A DNA stretch of 64,000 nucleotides. Source: Octopus sinensis. Its lineage: Eukaryota. Below, piece by piece: positions 63,170 to 64,000 of the stretch; position 1 is the stretch's first letter; every line of letters starts with the position of its first letter. Below the pieces are notes generated by a model. It searched no databases. It was not told where the DNA came from and worked only from the letters and a program-made list of their open reading frames with translations. The translations under genes and the position numbers were made by a program. The DNA is taken from positions 141,980,001 through 142,044,000 of the forward strand of contig NC_043000.1 in NCBI RefSeq assembly GCF_006345805.1. The letters run 5' to 3'.

Positions 63170-64000
63170 AGATATCCGGTTATGCGATGGATACAAAATT
63201 TGCCCCAACTTCTACCAAATTAGTCATGAATTATTTAGAAGTTTTGATGGATGAAGTAGCCAAAACGAAGAATAGTAACAATTTCAAAATTATATAGCAA
63301 AAATTTGGAAACAATAGTTAGATGACTACCCTATTCTATTGATAGAACTCAACGATTTCAAATTGCAACTCAATATCATCATTACCAGTATTCATTTCCC
63401 CATAGAATTTAACAAAAAACAACTACCCTTCTTAGACATTTTGATTATTAAAGTACATGGAAACCGACGTGTACAACAAACCAACGGACTCAAAACACTA
63501 CCTACTTTTTCATCATGCTACCCTAAATATACCAAACCCAATACTGTGTTTATTCTAGCTGGAAGAATCCGGACAATGTTCTCCATCCGGATGCTTAGAA
63601 TGAGACGCCTTGAATTAAAACAGGCATTACTTGAAGGAAAGAAAATGTCTACTCTAATAGAAAATGAAATAGAACGTGTGAAGACAAGAGGTATTGAAGA
63701 ATTACGAAAAATCAAATAGTCTAGATACACCCAAAACTCAATCATTAATTGTAAGACACAAACGACGAAACCTAGAAATATTCAGATCTATTCATCGGAA
63801 CCTACTGTTAATGAGACAAGATCCAAAAATGCAAAATACACTTGAAACATACAAAATACTTGAAGGCAAAGAACAACCAAATTCCGTAAAAAGACTACTT
63901 AACAACTCAAAAATAACTACAGAATCGATACCAACAGCCAAAATGTGTGACCTATTCACTTGTAGAATATGTCGTTCCAACATTAATGAGAACACAATTC
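63170..64000 (+). mobile_element. Penelope-like element remnant (RT, thumb, start of EN), runs off window
   Basis: AMDTKFAP, LDDY, QLPFLDILI, SCYPKYTKPN...LAGRIRT; Cys cluster near 63945-63975. Confidence 0.85.

Overview
AT-rich eukaryotic animal DNA with no prokaryotic features. The SINE families, microsatellite load and TE content suggest an octopod cephalopod (inference). The window is mostly transposon debris and microsatellites, and most ORF-track entries are microsatellite translations. The centrepiece is a full-length but decayed ~5.4-kb Tx1/L1-clade non-LTR retrotransposon (13214-18625). It is inserted, with a perfect 16-bp TSD, between the A and B boxes of a tRNA-headed CORE-like SINE (family B). 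Its 3' end shares a 24/24-nt block and a terminal GAAATA with a second, Meta-domain-like SINE (family A), and family A forms head-to-tail arrays by apparent insertion into its own tRNA head. Separately, the family B tail matches a CR1-like LINE tail with a covarying hairpin. Also present: two Penelope-like elements (one with a degenerate minimal hammerhead), R4/Dong-like pieces in (AAT)n tracts, CR1/RTE remnants, Tc1/mariner, hAT, piggyBac and Helitron derivatives, two old ~1-kb foldback palindromes, and a tentative five-exon host gene at 32243-35544. Family names come from motif recognition, not database searches, and remnant boundaries are approximate.
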